NCBI RefSeq assembly: GCF_000485595.1
Contig: NW_014577063.1
Coordinates: forward strand, 729,198 to 781,314
From: Priapulus caudatus
Lineage: Eukaryota
DNA length: 52,117 bases
Direction: 5' to 3'
Shown here: positions 30,760 to 45,098 of the stretch, in pieces
Numbering within the stretch: the stretch's first letter is position 1
How the letters are laid out: each line of letters starts with the position of its first letter
Notes under the pieces: model-generated
The model's database searches: none
The model's input: only the letters and a program-made list of their open reading frames with translations
What the model was told of the DNA's origin: nothing
Made by a program: the position numbers and the translations under genes

Positions 30760-31005
30760 GCGTGGCGTGCGTGCGTGCGTGCGTGCTAGCGTGCGTGCGT
30801 GCGTTGCGTGCGTGCGTGCGCTGCGGCCGCGTCGGCGTGGCGTGCGTGCGTGCGTGCGTGCGTGCCGTGCGTCGTCGTGCGTGACGTGCGTGCTGTGGTG
30901 TGTGCGTGTGTGTGTTGTGTGTGTGTGTGTGTTGTGGGTGTGTGTGGTGTGTGTGAACGTACGTGTGCGTGCGTGGCGTGCGTGCGTGTCGTGCGTGTGT
31001 CTGTG
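30760..31005. repeat. (GCGT)n/(GT)n microsatellite
   Basis: Direct inspection. Confidence 0.9.
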
Positions 31006-31959
31006 TGTTCTGCGTTGGGGTGAAGCTGCAGGTGAGGTCAATTGGCTGAGATAGATATATACTCAGACCACTGAAGATGACCATCTGATCAACGGCTGCT
31101 GGGCCGACGACTACGCTCACTCCCATGCAGCTCACCATGCAACACTGGACCAACGACTAATTTTATCAAGATCAGAACTGTCAAGTAAATAATGCTGATC
31201 GCAGGCCATTTATAAAGCTTTTCTCTTTTTCCCCGTCGGTAACTCTTCTATCATGCCCTCCAACCTAATCCGGCTCCCTTTCCACCCGCTCCCTTCGCCA
31301 TTCAGATATTCTATTGGGCTTATCCTCTATCATATCAATTACACCGTACGTCGCATCGGCGCGCATCGATCAGCATTATCGAACTCCCAGATCTTAAATA
31401 TGTCATATCCATCACATGACAAATGCCACTGCGCGAATCCCGTGCCCTGAATGCCTACCTGAACCGCCGCAGCTCACATCAACTCGACCTCTCCCTTTCA
31501 GGTGTCTTTCACCCCCCCCCCTCCGCCAACCGGCCACCGTTCCAGGACCGCGCTACACCCCGTCGCCATCCCCCTCCCTCCGTCGCTGCCATCCGCTTCG
31601 TGTCCTCGTGTCCCTCCGTGTGCCCTCGCTGCCATCACGCGCCCAGCCACGCCCGCCCCCGACCCCAGCTCCTCACTCACCCCCCCCCACCACTCGTACA
31701 CTCACCCGCCCATCGTCTACCACCCCGCGTTGGACCCCCGCCCGCACTCGACTAAACAGCACCCAGCCTCCCGCGGCTCTAGGCCGTCCCACGCTCAGCC
31801 ACACGCACGCCTCAACGCCCCGCCTCTGAACCGCATGCACGGAGGTATGCCACATCTTTTTGCAGGTGCCCATCTGTCTAGTTTGCGAACACTCGTTCTG
31901 AACAACCCCCTCAGTAACGACCAGCCAGTTATATTCACACAAGTACTACACACGACACC

Positions 31960-31960
31960 A

Positions 31961-31994
<34 letters not shown>

Positions 31995-32400
31995 ACACAC
32001 ACACAGCTGTCTCGGCGCACACACACAGCCGCACGCGCCGGCGCTGGCGCTGCACACCGGCAATCGCCTCACGCACAGCACACTGGCACGGGACACCTCC
32101 CTCTCGGGCACCGCACGCACAAGGTGGCCCGCCCCGGCACACAACACACCCTCCACCGCACGCACCCCCACCCCACACCGCGCCCCCGGGCCCGCCCGGC
32201 GCCGGCCATGCACACACACCACACCGCGCCCCCACCCGAGCACCCCACCCCCCACCACACACCGCCCCCCACACACACACTCCCACTCCCCCACCACGCC
32301 CCCCGCCCCGAGCCGCCCACCCGACAGCGCCCGCCCCGCAACCACACACCACACCAACACCACACACACAGCCACCCCACCAACCCACCACCCTACCACG
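31960..32400. repeat. (CA)n decaying into C-rich low-complexity sequence
   Basis: Direct inspection; possibly low-quality consensus. Confidence 0.75.
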
Positions 32401-35400
32401 GTAACACCCCCAAACTATACCGCGTACCTTCAGCAAATACATAATGATATGCGCTATATGTGTAGCTAGTTCGGTGAACATCGCGCTCCCACTACAGGTA
32501 CAGGTCAAACATGTGCTAGAGGCACAGGTGTGGAAACGTACCAACGACGGTGCTTGCATGCGCAAAACCTTCCGCCATTATTAATGACAGTCATTTCTCT
32601 AGAGGGGTTGTAACTTGACTAGAGTCGGCGAAGCATTGTTCCGTCGATCATTAATCCAGCTTGCCGTATTATTTTGCCGGCGTACGGAACACAACCACGA
32701 GACTTTTCCCCAATAGAGCAAAACGCCAGTTTCGGCGGTCCAAGGCGACAAGGTAGTTGATTGGGTGTGGAACAGTGCCAACCGCAAGCACCCCTCCCCC
32801 GAGATCATTCGCAAAGCGTCAATCGAATGGGGGCGGGAATGTTACGTAATACTATGTGTTTATGGACACGGATCCACACCTGTACGGGGTCAACGAGGAT
32901 CTGATTAACCTAAATTAGTCAATGACCAGACGTAGGGTGACCTATAGTCACACGCTCCAGCGAGCCTATGTACAGACACCTTTGTTGTTCGTTGACAGAG
33001 TTGCGCGTATACTAGCGAGACGCATTCGCGTATGAGGTATTCGTGGAAAGAACTGCTCGCAGAAACTGAATGGGAACTGCGGTTGCGTGTTTTCTATTTT
33101 CATAACTTAAATAATCTACGAACTTTTTATAATATACTACGGGGAAATGTATGCAAGAGTTAATTCATAGAACATAGTCTACATCAGACAGGCGAGTAAT
33201 CCTGCGGGTTCGAGAGTTTTCAGTCCCCTTGTATTTTCAGCCCCTTTGTAAGCATGTGACCGGTCGTGCAGTAGTTTTGACTGCTAGATAACAGAGTAAG
33301 TGTTCGAGCCAAAATAGGATTATCGTACCAAGTAGCGAACGTCGCACTTTCCTGGAAACTCCGCAATGTTTCCTGGTAAATGAGTGAATCAGTTTGTTGA
33401 CTAGCTGTAGATTCTGTAGACTGCACTTATGTGTACATAGTTAATGTGCCACCATAGTGTGGCTGCTGTTATATCCTACTTAGCTAGGGGTACCACTATA
33501 CTATCTACTGTCTACTATCTACTTAGCTATTATCAACTGTATTATAATATGATACTAAAGCACGACGCACACACCCGAGCAAAACTGGAAATTTTGTTTT
33601 CCAGCGTTTTGCGTTCTGCTCGGCGAGCAAGCGCACACACGCCACCCGACACAGCACACAGCTGAGCAAAACATACAGAAACACTGCGTACAGCGCCGCT
33701 GTCACATGACATCAAAAATAGCCATCCAATGGACATCCAATTTTGTGTGTCATGTGATATTTTTAAGGATATTGATTGGAGACCGTCTGTGGCGTTTCAC
33801 TGTGTAGCAGAACGATTGACGCACACACCCGAGCAAAACGTACGCTCAGGCGAAAACACGCTCTTAATGCTGCTTAATTCACATGTATTATTAGCTAGTG
33901 ATATTATTTATGTATAGAATATAATTAATAATTATTATAATAATTTTTGTCGAGAGCACGCGTTGGCATTAGCCTATGCCATCTCGGGTTCAAATAGAAT
34001 ATATAATATAAATCATATAACGTCTAGAATATAACGTAGGTAATATGATACCGATCCTTATTAGTTGACTCACGATGGGTTATTCGTGGCAGGCGATACA
34101 ACAATGCTTGTGTGTTTGGCCGAGAAATGTATTCTTGAGTGCTTATTGATTATGATTGCTTATTGATTATGATTGAGTGCTTATTGAGTGCTTATTGATT
34201 TCCACGATGCACTGCATATGATAAAAGTGTGCTGAATATTCTCTACTGTAAATTTCTTCCATGATTATTGCACCATAAGTAACGTGATACCATGTCACGT
34301 ATATCATGACCATCACGACCATACCGTGACCACGTATGATGAGCAACATGATACGGGTTTCTGTTGTGACTCGTGATCTCTTGTGGAACACCTTACCACA
34401 CATCAGGCGCGCAGACTGACTGATGATTGAATGATAGAGTGGCTATTGATTTCTTTAGTGCAGGGCCGCCTATTAGTCCACGTGCCTTGTCAGCAGCTGT
34501 CGCTGCTACCTGGCCACAGGTGATGATGACAACCATGCATGTTTGGTAACGAGTTGTAATTTATTATTGATGCCGCGTGCTCGTGCAGGAACTATATAGG
34601 ATGCGCATCTAACTAGCCGCGGTTTCTCATCACACCCGACCCATGCCCTTCTCAGCTTCTACCAACTGGTCAGGATGGCGAGGCGCCCGTATGTTGTGAG
34701 TCATTGTTGCCTGCAAGTGCGTTCATGTGCGATTGACTGGAATGACGACTACACTAGTCATGAGTCACTCTGCTAACCTACGATACTCTTTTACTCGTTG
34801 GCGTATGGGCCTATAAATAGGCAAGTGAAATGGCGGGTGCGGCGTGGTGTCAGTTCTGTCAGTGAATATGATTTATTAGCAGACGGTCTAACTGTCAAGG
34901 GAAAAAGATTATGTGTTAGACAATCCTTGTCACCATAGTTCTCTCTCAGAACCTCTTGGAAACACTTTATCGTAGCGATCGTGGCAGCTATGTAACGATA
35001 TTTATGAAATAATTTACACCTACACCAACTCCCCCGCTCCAGGCTAACCTCAGTAACCTGTATGATGAACGAACATAATTGTGTTGCCACATATGATGTA
35101 TGGACAAACGCTTTGGTAGCAATAGGGCTTGTACCTGCCATAATTTGCTAGGCTCACAATATTAAACATGAAACTGCGGGTAAACGCTGCCGTGGCGTCC
35201 AATGGGAACACTTTATACCTGCTGATAACAAGTGCAGCGTATGTGGGGGAGCGTGGAACAGTGTGCAATTATACGCCCTAGCCTTTGTTGACACACCTGT
35301 CATCATCACTACCTGTCATCATCACCTGTCATCATCACGTCGGTAAACTTAAAATTCAGTGTTCGGCCACCACCCGATGGAACGAGTATATAGGTTTGCG

Positions 35401-35648
35401 ACCCGGGCGAGAACTTGTCCACCACCCATTAGATATATGTAATTTTAAGCATTATGCGTTCCAAATTATGTCGCAGCCTCACTAATACCACCCATCATCA
35501 TTAGTTTATAATGTGCGAAGCCTCCGTCGTTGCGTTGCATGGCATCTGTGGTGTGTAGCGTTGATCGGGTTGTGTCTGCGTTGCGTTGAGAGAAACGTGT
35601 TGATGTGATCATGGATTTCATAGTGCACTTGTCATTTATAGATGACAT

Positions 35649-35691
35649 CAAGAGCCCATTAACCATTATTAGAGGGGTTAATGGGCTCTTG
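35649..35691. mobile_element. Short palindromic insertion (transposon footprint-like)
   Basis: 16-bp arms CAAGAGCCCATTAACC / GGTTAATGGGCTCTTG; flanks ATGACAT and ATAACAT (7 bp, 1 mismatch). Confidence 0.7.
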
Positions 35692-36015
35692 ATAACATAT
35701 AAATCATGGATTTCATAACGTGATAATGCCGATCACGTGTAATTGAATAGATAGAAGGGAAGGCAATAAATTATCTAATGACGAAAACGTGGAAAAGCCA
35801 TTAGCTTGAGCTATAAAATTACCACGGAAAAAAACTTAATAAACGCTGCATCAGCATTCTTACTTGACCAGTTCTGATCTGATAAAATATCGTTTCCAGT
35901 GTTGCATGTGACTGCAGGATGACTAGTCTCCCCACCCCTTATCAATGAATCATCTTCATTTCTATATATCATCTATCTCAGCCAATGCCTCACCTGCAGC
36001 TTCACCCCAACGCAA

Positions 36016-36038
36016 ACACACAGACACACGCACGCACA

Positions 36039-36082
<44 letters not shown>

Positions 36083-36105
36083 CGCACGCACGCACNNNNN
36101 NNNNN

Positions 36106-36136
<31 letters not shown>
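36016..36136. repeat. (CGCA)n/(CA)n microsatellite spanning the gap at 36096-36105
   Basis: Direct inspection. Confidence 0.9.
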
Positions 36137-36139
<3 letters not shown>

Positions 36140-36267
36140 GTAGGAAGAAATGATTCTGCATAGTATGAGGCGACGCCAAATCGGTCGCATCATGCACTTA
36201 TATATACGGTGTTAGGTTGTTATAGACGGCAGTATAAACCTGCAATCATATACCGCGGCCTTAAAAG

Positions 36268-36889
36268 CAGTCTGCACGAAAAACTCCCACTCTCACTGGC
36301 CCAGCGGGCCTGTGAAATGTATAATTTACTGGCCCACACTAGGTTTTACAGGCCCGAATCAATGATCATCATATTATGAAAAGAGAAACAGAACTCTGGT
36401 GTATTCTTAGAGATTTATTCTTTCATGAAATTGAACAAAAAATTATCCACTTCCCTCTCCCCATCTCATTGTCACTGCCATCGTACTCATCATCATCACG
36501 CTCATTCATAATCAGAAAGCTCATTTCGACTTCGAACAGTAACTTAGCCAACACGTTCAAGGCCACGTTGAAAACCAGAACCGGAAACCGGAAGTTGTTC
36601 CGACCTCTAGCGGTGACAAACACGCATGGTGTTGACTAATTACTTCTCCTACTTAAGATCGGGAATATGATGCCCTATCGGTAAATATCGGTAAATTTTC
36701 ATACAAAATATCGGGAATTTCGATAAATTCTCAGACTGATCATCACATAAAGAAGCTGAAATATCATTAATAGACCTTACTCCATTTTTTTCCACTGGCC
36801 CATCGGGCTTGTTCATTTACCAGTTTCATTGGCCCCACGGAAAATTTACTGGCCTCGGATACCGGGCCAGTGGTTAATTTCGCAGACTG
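36268..36889. mobile_element. hAT-like MITE with 6-bp TSD
   Basis: Ends CAGTCTGC(AC)GAAA / TTTCGCAGACTG; TAAAAG on both flanks; subterminal ACTGGCCC repeats at both ends. Confidence 0.8.
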
Positions 36890-38077
36890 TAAAAGACGAG
36901 GAAATTGCGTAAACATTTTGCAAAACGAAATAGGAAAGTCGCCACCAGGGCCACACGCTGCCCTGCGGAATTCCCCGTCGTTGTTCGTTTCAGCGGATTG
37001 CTTCACTCTTCCATTTGACAATATTAGCGATAGATCGCGCCGTAAAAGGCAATCGCACACCCATTTACTATACTGCGAATAATTTTGAAATAACATTTAC
37101 GTTTTAAAACATCGCTCGGAGCAAATCAAGCTCGCGCTACCATTTCGCCAGCCTTGCAACTCCCAAGGCCAATTATTTGATTCGGCGCGACTCGGGAAAA
37201 CGGAAATCTGTTTTAGGTTTTGTAAACCCCTAAAGTGCCTTGTGGCGTGCGCGTGTGTATATATATATGCACCGTCGCGTGCTAGGCGGACTAGAATTAA
37301 ATTCGGAACCGAAGTGAGACACGCGAAAGCTGCCGCCTAATTTATAGCAGCATTCTACAATTAACAACGCATTAACTACAGACCGTGGCTTTCTGTGTAA
37401 GCGCCCACCTGCTCGCCGGTTCTGTGAAAATCGCTCGCATAGCAGCGGCTCAGACTCTGAGCCAATATTTGGCTTTATGATGATGTGTGACAGGCGGCGT
37501 ATGTGGGCGCCATTTTCATAATTACAGTCGGTGTTCGACGATGGTTTGCCTTGTAGATTGCACTGGCCTGCTTGCTGTCACGATATCACCACACTTCTCT
37601 GCTCTTACTATCCCGCCATTCTCTCCCCATCAGTTCCCCCATTGTCTCCCTATTCACTCTATCGCCTCCCTTCTTCTTCTCCCCTTATTCGCCCACAATT
37701 CGCTCTTTGTTCTCCCCATCATTCTTCCATAATTCTCTCGCATGTTCACCTCTTTTTCTGCGTTCTGCTAATTAGGGCGTCTGATACCCTTGACGTAAAA
37801 CTAACGCTCCTGCGTGAGAGACTAGAATGTGGCCCGGTGTCTCCCCCCCTCCCTCCATCAAGGGATCCGGCTGTATTGAGTGTTCTTAACAAGAATCTGT
37901 CGTTGGTTGAGGGCTTGTAGATTCATGGTGACGAATGGCAGATTCAGGCACTTGGTCAGTAATTAGTATAGTGCAAGTACAGCATTTCTGTTAATTAACA
38001 CATAGTGTCTATTAATGTGATTGCATATTAGAAAATCGTACGTGTTTACATGATTGTGTGTAAAACATGGCTCATGT

Positions 38078-38345
38078 TACTGTTATATATTAGATAATTG
38101 TACATATTCATATTATTATGTACCATGACGTTACATCATAACGTATGTACATATCCTTATCGTATCGTTGTGTAATAAACCACGATGCGACATGCGCGTG
38201 CTGTTATATATCAGAGAATTGTACATATTCATATTATTATCATGATACATATTATGTATCATAACGTTACCACATAACGTATACATATCGTATCGTTATG
38301 TAATAAACCATGATGCTACTTGCGAGTACTGTTTTATATGAGAGA
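38078..38345. repeat. Imperfect tandem duplication, unit about 125 bp
   Basis: AATTGTACATATTCATATTATTAT...TATCGTATCGTTRTGTAATAAACCAYGATGC occurs twice. Confidence 0.75.
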
Positions 38346-39486
38346 GAGCAAGCCACGTATTCGTGTCAATCGCCCATTAGAGCGTGCATCACGTGTTATT
38401 GTATCCTGGGCGCGTTACATGCATTCATGTTATTGTCTAGTGGAGCGTTGCACGTATTCCCGGCCGCAATTTAGTTGCTACATGCTCCGCTGGACCCTGC
38501 TGTCGTCCTGCCAGCCTCTCAGCTCGACTCGAGTCGCAGTAAATGGCCCAAAGTAAAGGAGCTCGGGAAATACGGAGCTGATTGTAACACACAACGGTCG
38601 TAATTGGTTCGCCAACCGTTGACATCACAGCATTTTCCGAACTGTTAATCACGAGTATTCATGCGAGTGACGACTACACTGGCCGTCAGCGCGGAGATTT
38701 ACCGCGCATGCGCACGAGCACTGCACACGTCGTGAGTGCGGATATCGCCATATATAGAAAGATGCTGCATGCGGACATGCGTTGTTTTCTATCGTCCGAG
38801 TATTCACTTTTGGTACTATGCAGGACTTTATAAGCCTTATGCGGCCTATACAAGTTTGTAAGACTGTTAAATTTGGGAAAGTGTAGGCCTACATAGCTGA
38901 GCGATTCCTGTAGCCTGAGCATTCTCAACTTGTTCGTGTGTTTAGTGTGTACGGCCTTGTGTGTCTCGTAGCTATCGCAGGCGCGCTGTCGATTCTCGTT
39001 CATATGTCACGACCCGTCTAGTCTTCATTTATCATCTACGACATGGACCGTTTCAGCTCTCCTCGTGCTCTATGAATGTTTTCCTGTCTGGTTTAGTCTC
39101 CTCCCTGGCACATCCTCTTCTTCTACGCTGCTTCAGCTTCCTATTTGTTTGTTTTTGGTCGTGGGTTACGTTACTAGTTAAATCCGTTGACTGCAGTCTA
39201 AGTAGCTCTGTTCTGCTTCAGCATTCACCTTGATGTCCCAGCACGATCCGCGCTGTCCTATAGCCTTTTACGCAGTCTGAGCCTCCTTTCTCTGGCTTGG
39301 ATTTTTTTGCAGTCAGCCTTCCTTCCTGGCGTTTTAGCGTCATCTTTGTTGTCAATGCTACATCCATCTATCAAAGCAGCGTCTACTATATCTAAACCTT
39401 TGTGCTGACTCACTGTTCTCTTAAATATTCTAGCTTCGTACATACTGGCTGCCTCGCTACTTCCATGTGTGCTTTGCTCTAATTAA

Positions 39487-40325
39487 GGATTGTTATGCCA
39501 TGTTATATTAGCGACAGCTGTACCGCGTTAGCGTTTAATTTTTAATGAATATCATGTAAATTTTATTAGGCTAGTGTGATTGGATGTCTGAGAGAGGCAT
39601 TAATATTTAATTTTACCCGGACCACTAGTCGCCATATTTGTTAGGAGTTGTATTACTTAGATTCGCTCGCAATTTGCGGCGATTTCTTCGTGTTGTCCGT
39701 AGCCAAATAACCTTATTGTAGCAGCTGAAATTTTCGATCAGGATTTTTGAATCAGCATACAAACCAATTAATGTTGTAGTAAATTATGCATGTGAAACAA
39801 TTATACGTCCACGCATCGTCAAGCGAATGTTTTGGGTACGTACCAGAGGAGGATGATGAAAAGGAAATGGCTTAAAACATGCGCAGAAACAGTCAGAGCG
39901 CCTTTATAAAACGTTTGGAGCAAAGTTTTCTTTATATTCGCTCGAATAGCCAGGATAGATAAGGTTGCAGAATTTTTGTATTTTTCTTTTATGATTCATA
40001 TTTCATTAATATTCCGATGAATAAATCATGGACGAATAAGAAAGCCAAAAAACGCATGATTTAACAACATATTAGCTTTTTATGGAAATTAAAATACGCA
40101 TACGTTATAAGGTTAACGAAATGTAAATACGGCGTCATACGATATTAGTTAGTGTAATACTAAAATAATGAAAGCTTTAATTAGACAACGACATAAAACA
40201 CTGGGTTGCTCATCTGTATGCGGACGTGAGGAGCAAAGGGTAAAACCAGTGCATTTTATCCACAAATAGCTGAAAAACATCTGAATAGGATGATATAGAA
40301 ACATCTAGATTATGCATGAGCATCT
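39487..40325. mobile_element. Possible old Kolobok-type non-autonomous element
   Basis: TTAA flanks with weakly complementary ends (GGATTGTTATGC vs GATGCTCATGC) and an AT-rich body. Confidence 0.3.
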
Positions 40326-40718
40326 TAAAGATGTTTTGTTTTTGTAAAAGTAAACATGGGATCATACTAGATTAATTACTTAATATAAATTAAGCCCATA
40401 ATGAAATATGTAACTTTTTTCTTACCACCATATAACTTTTTTGATTGCTACCATATAATACATTAATATTTTACATATTTATAATTTCTTATAATAATTA
40501 ATTAGTCGCTTGAATGCTTTAATCCCCCCCCCCAATATTTTTCCATTCATCTGCCAGCATTCGCAGACGTTCCTGTTTTAATCTGACGCAAGACCAGATT
40601 AAAACAAAACTCCTGTTACACCATAAAACATTTCATATAAGGACAGTGAGAAGTTGAGAAAAGTACCTATAGCCAGTTTACACCGATGATATATATATCT
40701 ATATCTATATCTATATAC

Positions 40719-40719
<1 letters not shown>

Positions 40720-40802
<83 letters not shown>

Positions 40803-40810
40803 TGCGTGTG

Positions 40811-40842
<32 letters not shown>

Positions 40843-40871
40843 TGTGTGCGTATGTGTGTGTGCGTGTGTGT
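40720..40871. repeat. (GT)n/(GCGT)n microsatellite
   Basis: Direct inspection. Confidence 0.93.
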
Positions 40872-42455
40872 GAAATCATCACCTTTGTGCATTGTCGCAA
40901 CGTGATATTTGCTCTGAACGTAATTATTTTCCGCCAACGATGGTAGACAATAATTGTATAGCAGATGTTGACGCATGCGCTGTTTCCGGCGCTGGTTATG
41001 AGAACCATTTCTGTGTAAAATTGATGGTTGGAGCGGATACTTCCACGTTACGACGATGCGTTCAGTATTCATTACATGTCAGGTCATGTCGCTTGACCAT
41101 CGACCGTATCGGAAAAAAACACCATCGTGGTTTCTGTTAGTTGACACGAGACATTTTAATATACGCGTTCCCTTTGTTGGGCAGGCAACCGCATTTATTT
41201 GCGTATATTTGCTGTTCTGGTATTGTGTGTTTTTTCTTTTGTGTGCGCTTTGTTGTGTACCACTTTTTTCTATCCGTAATTGTGGACCAATGCATGTGCT
41301 TGCAGAATTAGCTAAAACTTGTATCATTTGATCATTTATTACGTATACTATAGTTTTATCATAGAATGAACATTGCAATTTTGAACCTGAACTAAATGAT
41401 GTTTTTAATGTGACTTTACATACGCAACCATGCAGCCTCCTCGGGATCGATGCAGCGTGTGAGGGAGACCCTACCGCGGAACTACAAGCAGCGCTATCTG
41501 CAAAAACAAACAACAAAGTCTAATATCATAACACCAGAGTTTGTTTAACGTGGGCTCTGTCCCGTAGTTGATGCAAGCTGAAAAAACTATCCACGCCCGA
41601 GCGTCTTTTACGTTGGATTAATGCTGTAGCGGTGCGCATGCATGTATGCTTAAGATCTAAGTCGATAAGGTTGGGGGCTTATTTGTATAAGTTAGCGCAT
41701 AACTGGTGGTCTTGCTATTATCTTGTATCGCTAGCGCGCATGTGTCTGTGTATACCGCTTTTCTCTCTCGCATGTATAGGCGGCATGCATGCATGCTACA
41801 GGAAGTCGGGATATCGAGTTAGCGGCACCCAGCGATAGATAGCATCAGCTCTTCACTCATCCACGCTACAGGGAAGCTCTGTCGGCGCTCAGCTTCCAAT
41901 GAGCGCCCACGTAGTAGCGTAACTGCGCCCCTATACTCGCTTTACCGCTTTAAGATTTAACCGCTGCCAATCAATATTGCGCTGAGACGTCACGAGAGAG
42001 AAGTACTTATTATCTTGCGGAGTAACTTCGTAAGTGTATTACGTTCATGATGCATATATGCGTGTCTACCACTGCGCTCTCTCATGATTGCCATGTTAGA
42101 TATAGAACCGCTACAGCAGTATCCTAAATGTGTCACAACAGGAGCCCACAGTCTCCATTTGGAGTTATTAGCAGTGCCCTGCTTTCTGGTACCGTAATGA
42201 CTTGTACTTGATGTCCATTCGCGTTTAATATTGCTGTTGAACAGTGGGGTGGCTGCACCTGCGCGGGAAATACACGCGCGTCATGCTGGTGTATACAGCT
42301 CGGGCGTTATTAGCTTTCTATTCAGTGTAGAATATCGTTGCCAACGCCCTCTAGTTTGCTCTACCTTGCCACAGCCTACACGTCATTCGACGCTGTGCAC
42401 TCACCCTCACTTTCTTCTATTCCGCACTCCTTTCATCGCCAAGGGTAGCTAAAAA

Positions 42456-42675
42456 GGTCGTGTTTAATTACCCAGCACAATGTATGCAAGACGTATTTTG
42501 AATACGCAGGCAGAGAGATACGGGTACGTGCTTGCGTTGGTGCATGTAATTACGGGTACCTAGGTCGTGATTAATTATTCCACCAGCACGATGTATGCAA
42601 GACGTATTTTGTATGTGCACGTGGAGAGATACAGGTACGTGCTTAGTCTGGTGTAATTACACGTACCTAGGTCGG
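42456..42675. repeat. Imperfect tandem duplication, unit about 107 bp
   Basis: CCAGCACRATGTATGCAAGACGTATTTTG...GAGAGATACRGGTACGTGCTT...GTACCTAGGTCG occurs twice. Confidence 0.8.
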
Positions 42676-42985
42676 GCAGCTCATCGGCTGACAGCCTCGC
42701 TTTCACGTAATAAATCGCTTGCCCGTCCGCTACACTGTTTCCATTGTTAGTCGGCGTTGTTCATGGTCAGTGCTGCTCACTTAATTAGACCAAGTCACTC
42801 ATGGGTTTTCCTAATTGGTATACAGCCCTGGGGTACCCCTCGTTCATTATGTCGCGTGCAATATACAATCGTTCTTCCTCTCCGTCAAACATCCCTGCTG
42901 GAAGAAAGCTATGAATACTATTATGCGCGTGGGCCGCGTGTTAAGAGTTACGAATCGCTACGTGCTTCGCCGCTAAAGTAGTGTT

Positions 42986-43164
42986 AGTTATTTTACTCAA
43001 GGAAAATGACGCATGAGTAATTTTACTCACGTGTGCGGCGGATTTTCGTTGAGTAATTTGACTCATATGCGTCATTTTACTCACGTGTGCGGCGGATTTT
43101 CGTTGAGTAATTTGACTCATGCGTCATTTAATTTGAGTAAAATAACTCACGTGTGCGCCGAGCA
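42986..43164. mobile_element. Second, 5'-truncated copy of the Harbinger-type MITE (2 array units)
   Basis: Near-identical to 15453-15734; ends ACGTGTGCGCCGAGCA. Confidence 0.85.
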
Positions 43165-43892
43165 CATGTACATGTACTTGAAATTTAAATATAAAGAGCG
43201 TCTGATTATCCCGTGTCATCATGTCCAATGAAAGACGTAATTTTCCGAAACGACCGGCAAAACGACCAACTTGTTTATGCAAAGCGGTAGTTATAAGTAG
43301 CAATAAATCGATGCACCGTACCAATCATTAGCGGAGCGAGTCTCATTTTAAGTAATTGCAAACAGTAAAAATAACTCAGTGAAAGTTACTCGGGTCGCGT
43401 ATCTGAAATCGACCCTATTTTTTATCAAAATTTACCGAGAGGGTTCACCAAATGCTATACGGTATTTTTCCCGTTTTACAATAATACATCGTGACTGTCG
43501 TCAAAGGAATTGGTTTGCAATTAATGCAGTAGAGGGCTTGCATTGGGAAATATAATGTTTTGAACATACAATGATTGCATATCGTTGTATAATAAAGGGG
43601 ATCTATGCACGCCAAGTGATTTGTAAGCAAGTTCGTATTACTGTCTATAAGCCATGTGAATGATAGGACATGATATGTGAATATAGACAAAGATTGTTTT
43701 GGATTTGGCCTGCGGAATTGCATTCTAAATTTGTATTCGTCTCCTCTAGTTTAGTTCAACACTACATGTAAAAGTTTAGAATAGAACGGGAAGTGAGGCA
43801 GTCGAACGTGGCAAGCTTTCCAGTCCGAAACAGTTCGTCATAACAAGTTGCTGCCCTGCAGTGTTCCACGTCTTCCTTTGATCGGTCGCATA

Positions 43893-43894
<2 letters not shown>

Positions 43895-43950
<56 letters not shown>
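43895..43950. repeat. (CT)n microsatellite
   Basis: Direct inspection. Confidence 0.95.
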
Positions 43951-43953
<3 letters not shown>

Positions 43954-45098
43954 GAGCTGCATATCAACAGCGCCATAAAACGTCATTGTGCTAACCCTCC
44001 CTTACCTGTGAAAACCCGGAACGTCAACCGGCAAGCACGCAAGCTGAGCCGACGTGAGCGCTCCTTTGACACAGCGCTCACACTTAAAACTTACAAAAAA
44101 GGAAAAAAATCTCATTAAATTCGTTACTAATTGTGGCTTATGGACATACGCCCGCATAGAGTTGTAAACCGGCCCTTCGCTTTTCGCTCCACAATGCGTC
44201 TTTTATGTGTGATTGTGCGACTGCAATCCCCCTTTATAATAATAGTAAATTACTGCTCGCAGCTTCATTGCTTCGGAAAACATTAGTATAATATAAGCCG
44301 GTTCGCGGGCGGCTTGCGTGAATGCAGGGTGTGCCGGCGGCAGTAGAAGCATCGCCCCTCCTAAGAGAATCGGGTGTTGCGGCACGAACGTCGTCACTCC
44401 GCCTAATTACCAGCTTAATGCCGCGTCTCATCCTTTAAATCAACTCGGGGTGGGAGGAGGAGGGGTGGGGGTGGTTCGCACCGCGGCTTTGACGCGCTGA
44501 CACGATAATTCTAGTTTGCGTTGGTAATTTCAACGTGAAGTCCCCGCGTGAACTAACACGGCGTTAGCCCCCCTATAGCAGCAGCGTCCAGTATATATAT
44601 ATATATATACGCGCGAAAAGATGTTGACACAGCGCTTCTTGGCAGCGAGTTGACTTTAGGTCGGTCCGTACGCGTATTGTCGAGTTTGTTTATTATTGCG
44701 GCCGGCGACAATCGTTTTATCTCGTTCGGACAATGTTTTTCTTGTCGGGGAGGATCGCGACCCCGACTGCAAAAACACTGATAAGCCTTTTTTATTACGG
44801 AGTGGAGTCAATCCGATCGTCAGCACTGACTTAGTATTTGTATTTGGAATTTGGACTTTGGACAAGTATTTAGACTTTGTATATGAATTCGGAAACCTAT
44901 GTGGCGGCAGGCTATGTGGCGGAGTAACCAGCGCAATGTTGCCGTACGTAGTGAGAGTTGTATATGTACACTATATGTATATGTACACTAGCGGGATACC
45001 CGGCGTTGCCCGGGGAAATCAGTGGCGTTACTCAGTTGGTGACTGCTTGGTTGAAAGGAAAATACCCCCAAAAAATCTAACTATCTTATAATCTATCT

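Noticed and set aside
31200..32565. Pro/His-rich ORFs up to 300 aa
   Set aside because: C-rich low-complexity sequence adjoining microsatellites, probably low-quality consensus, with no domain or splice support.
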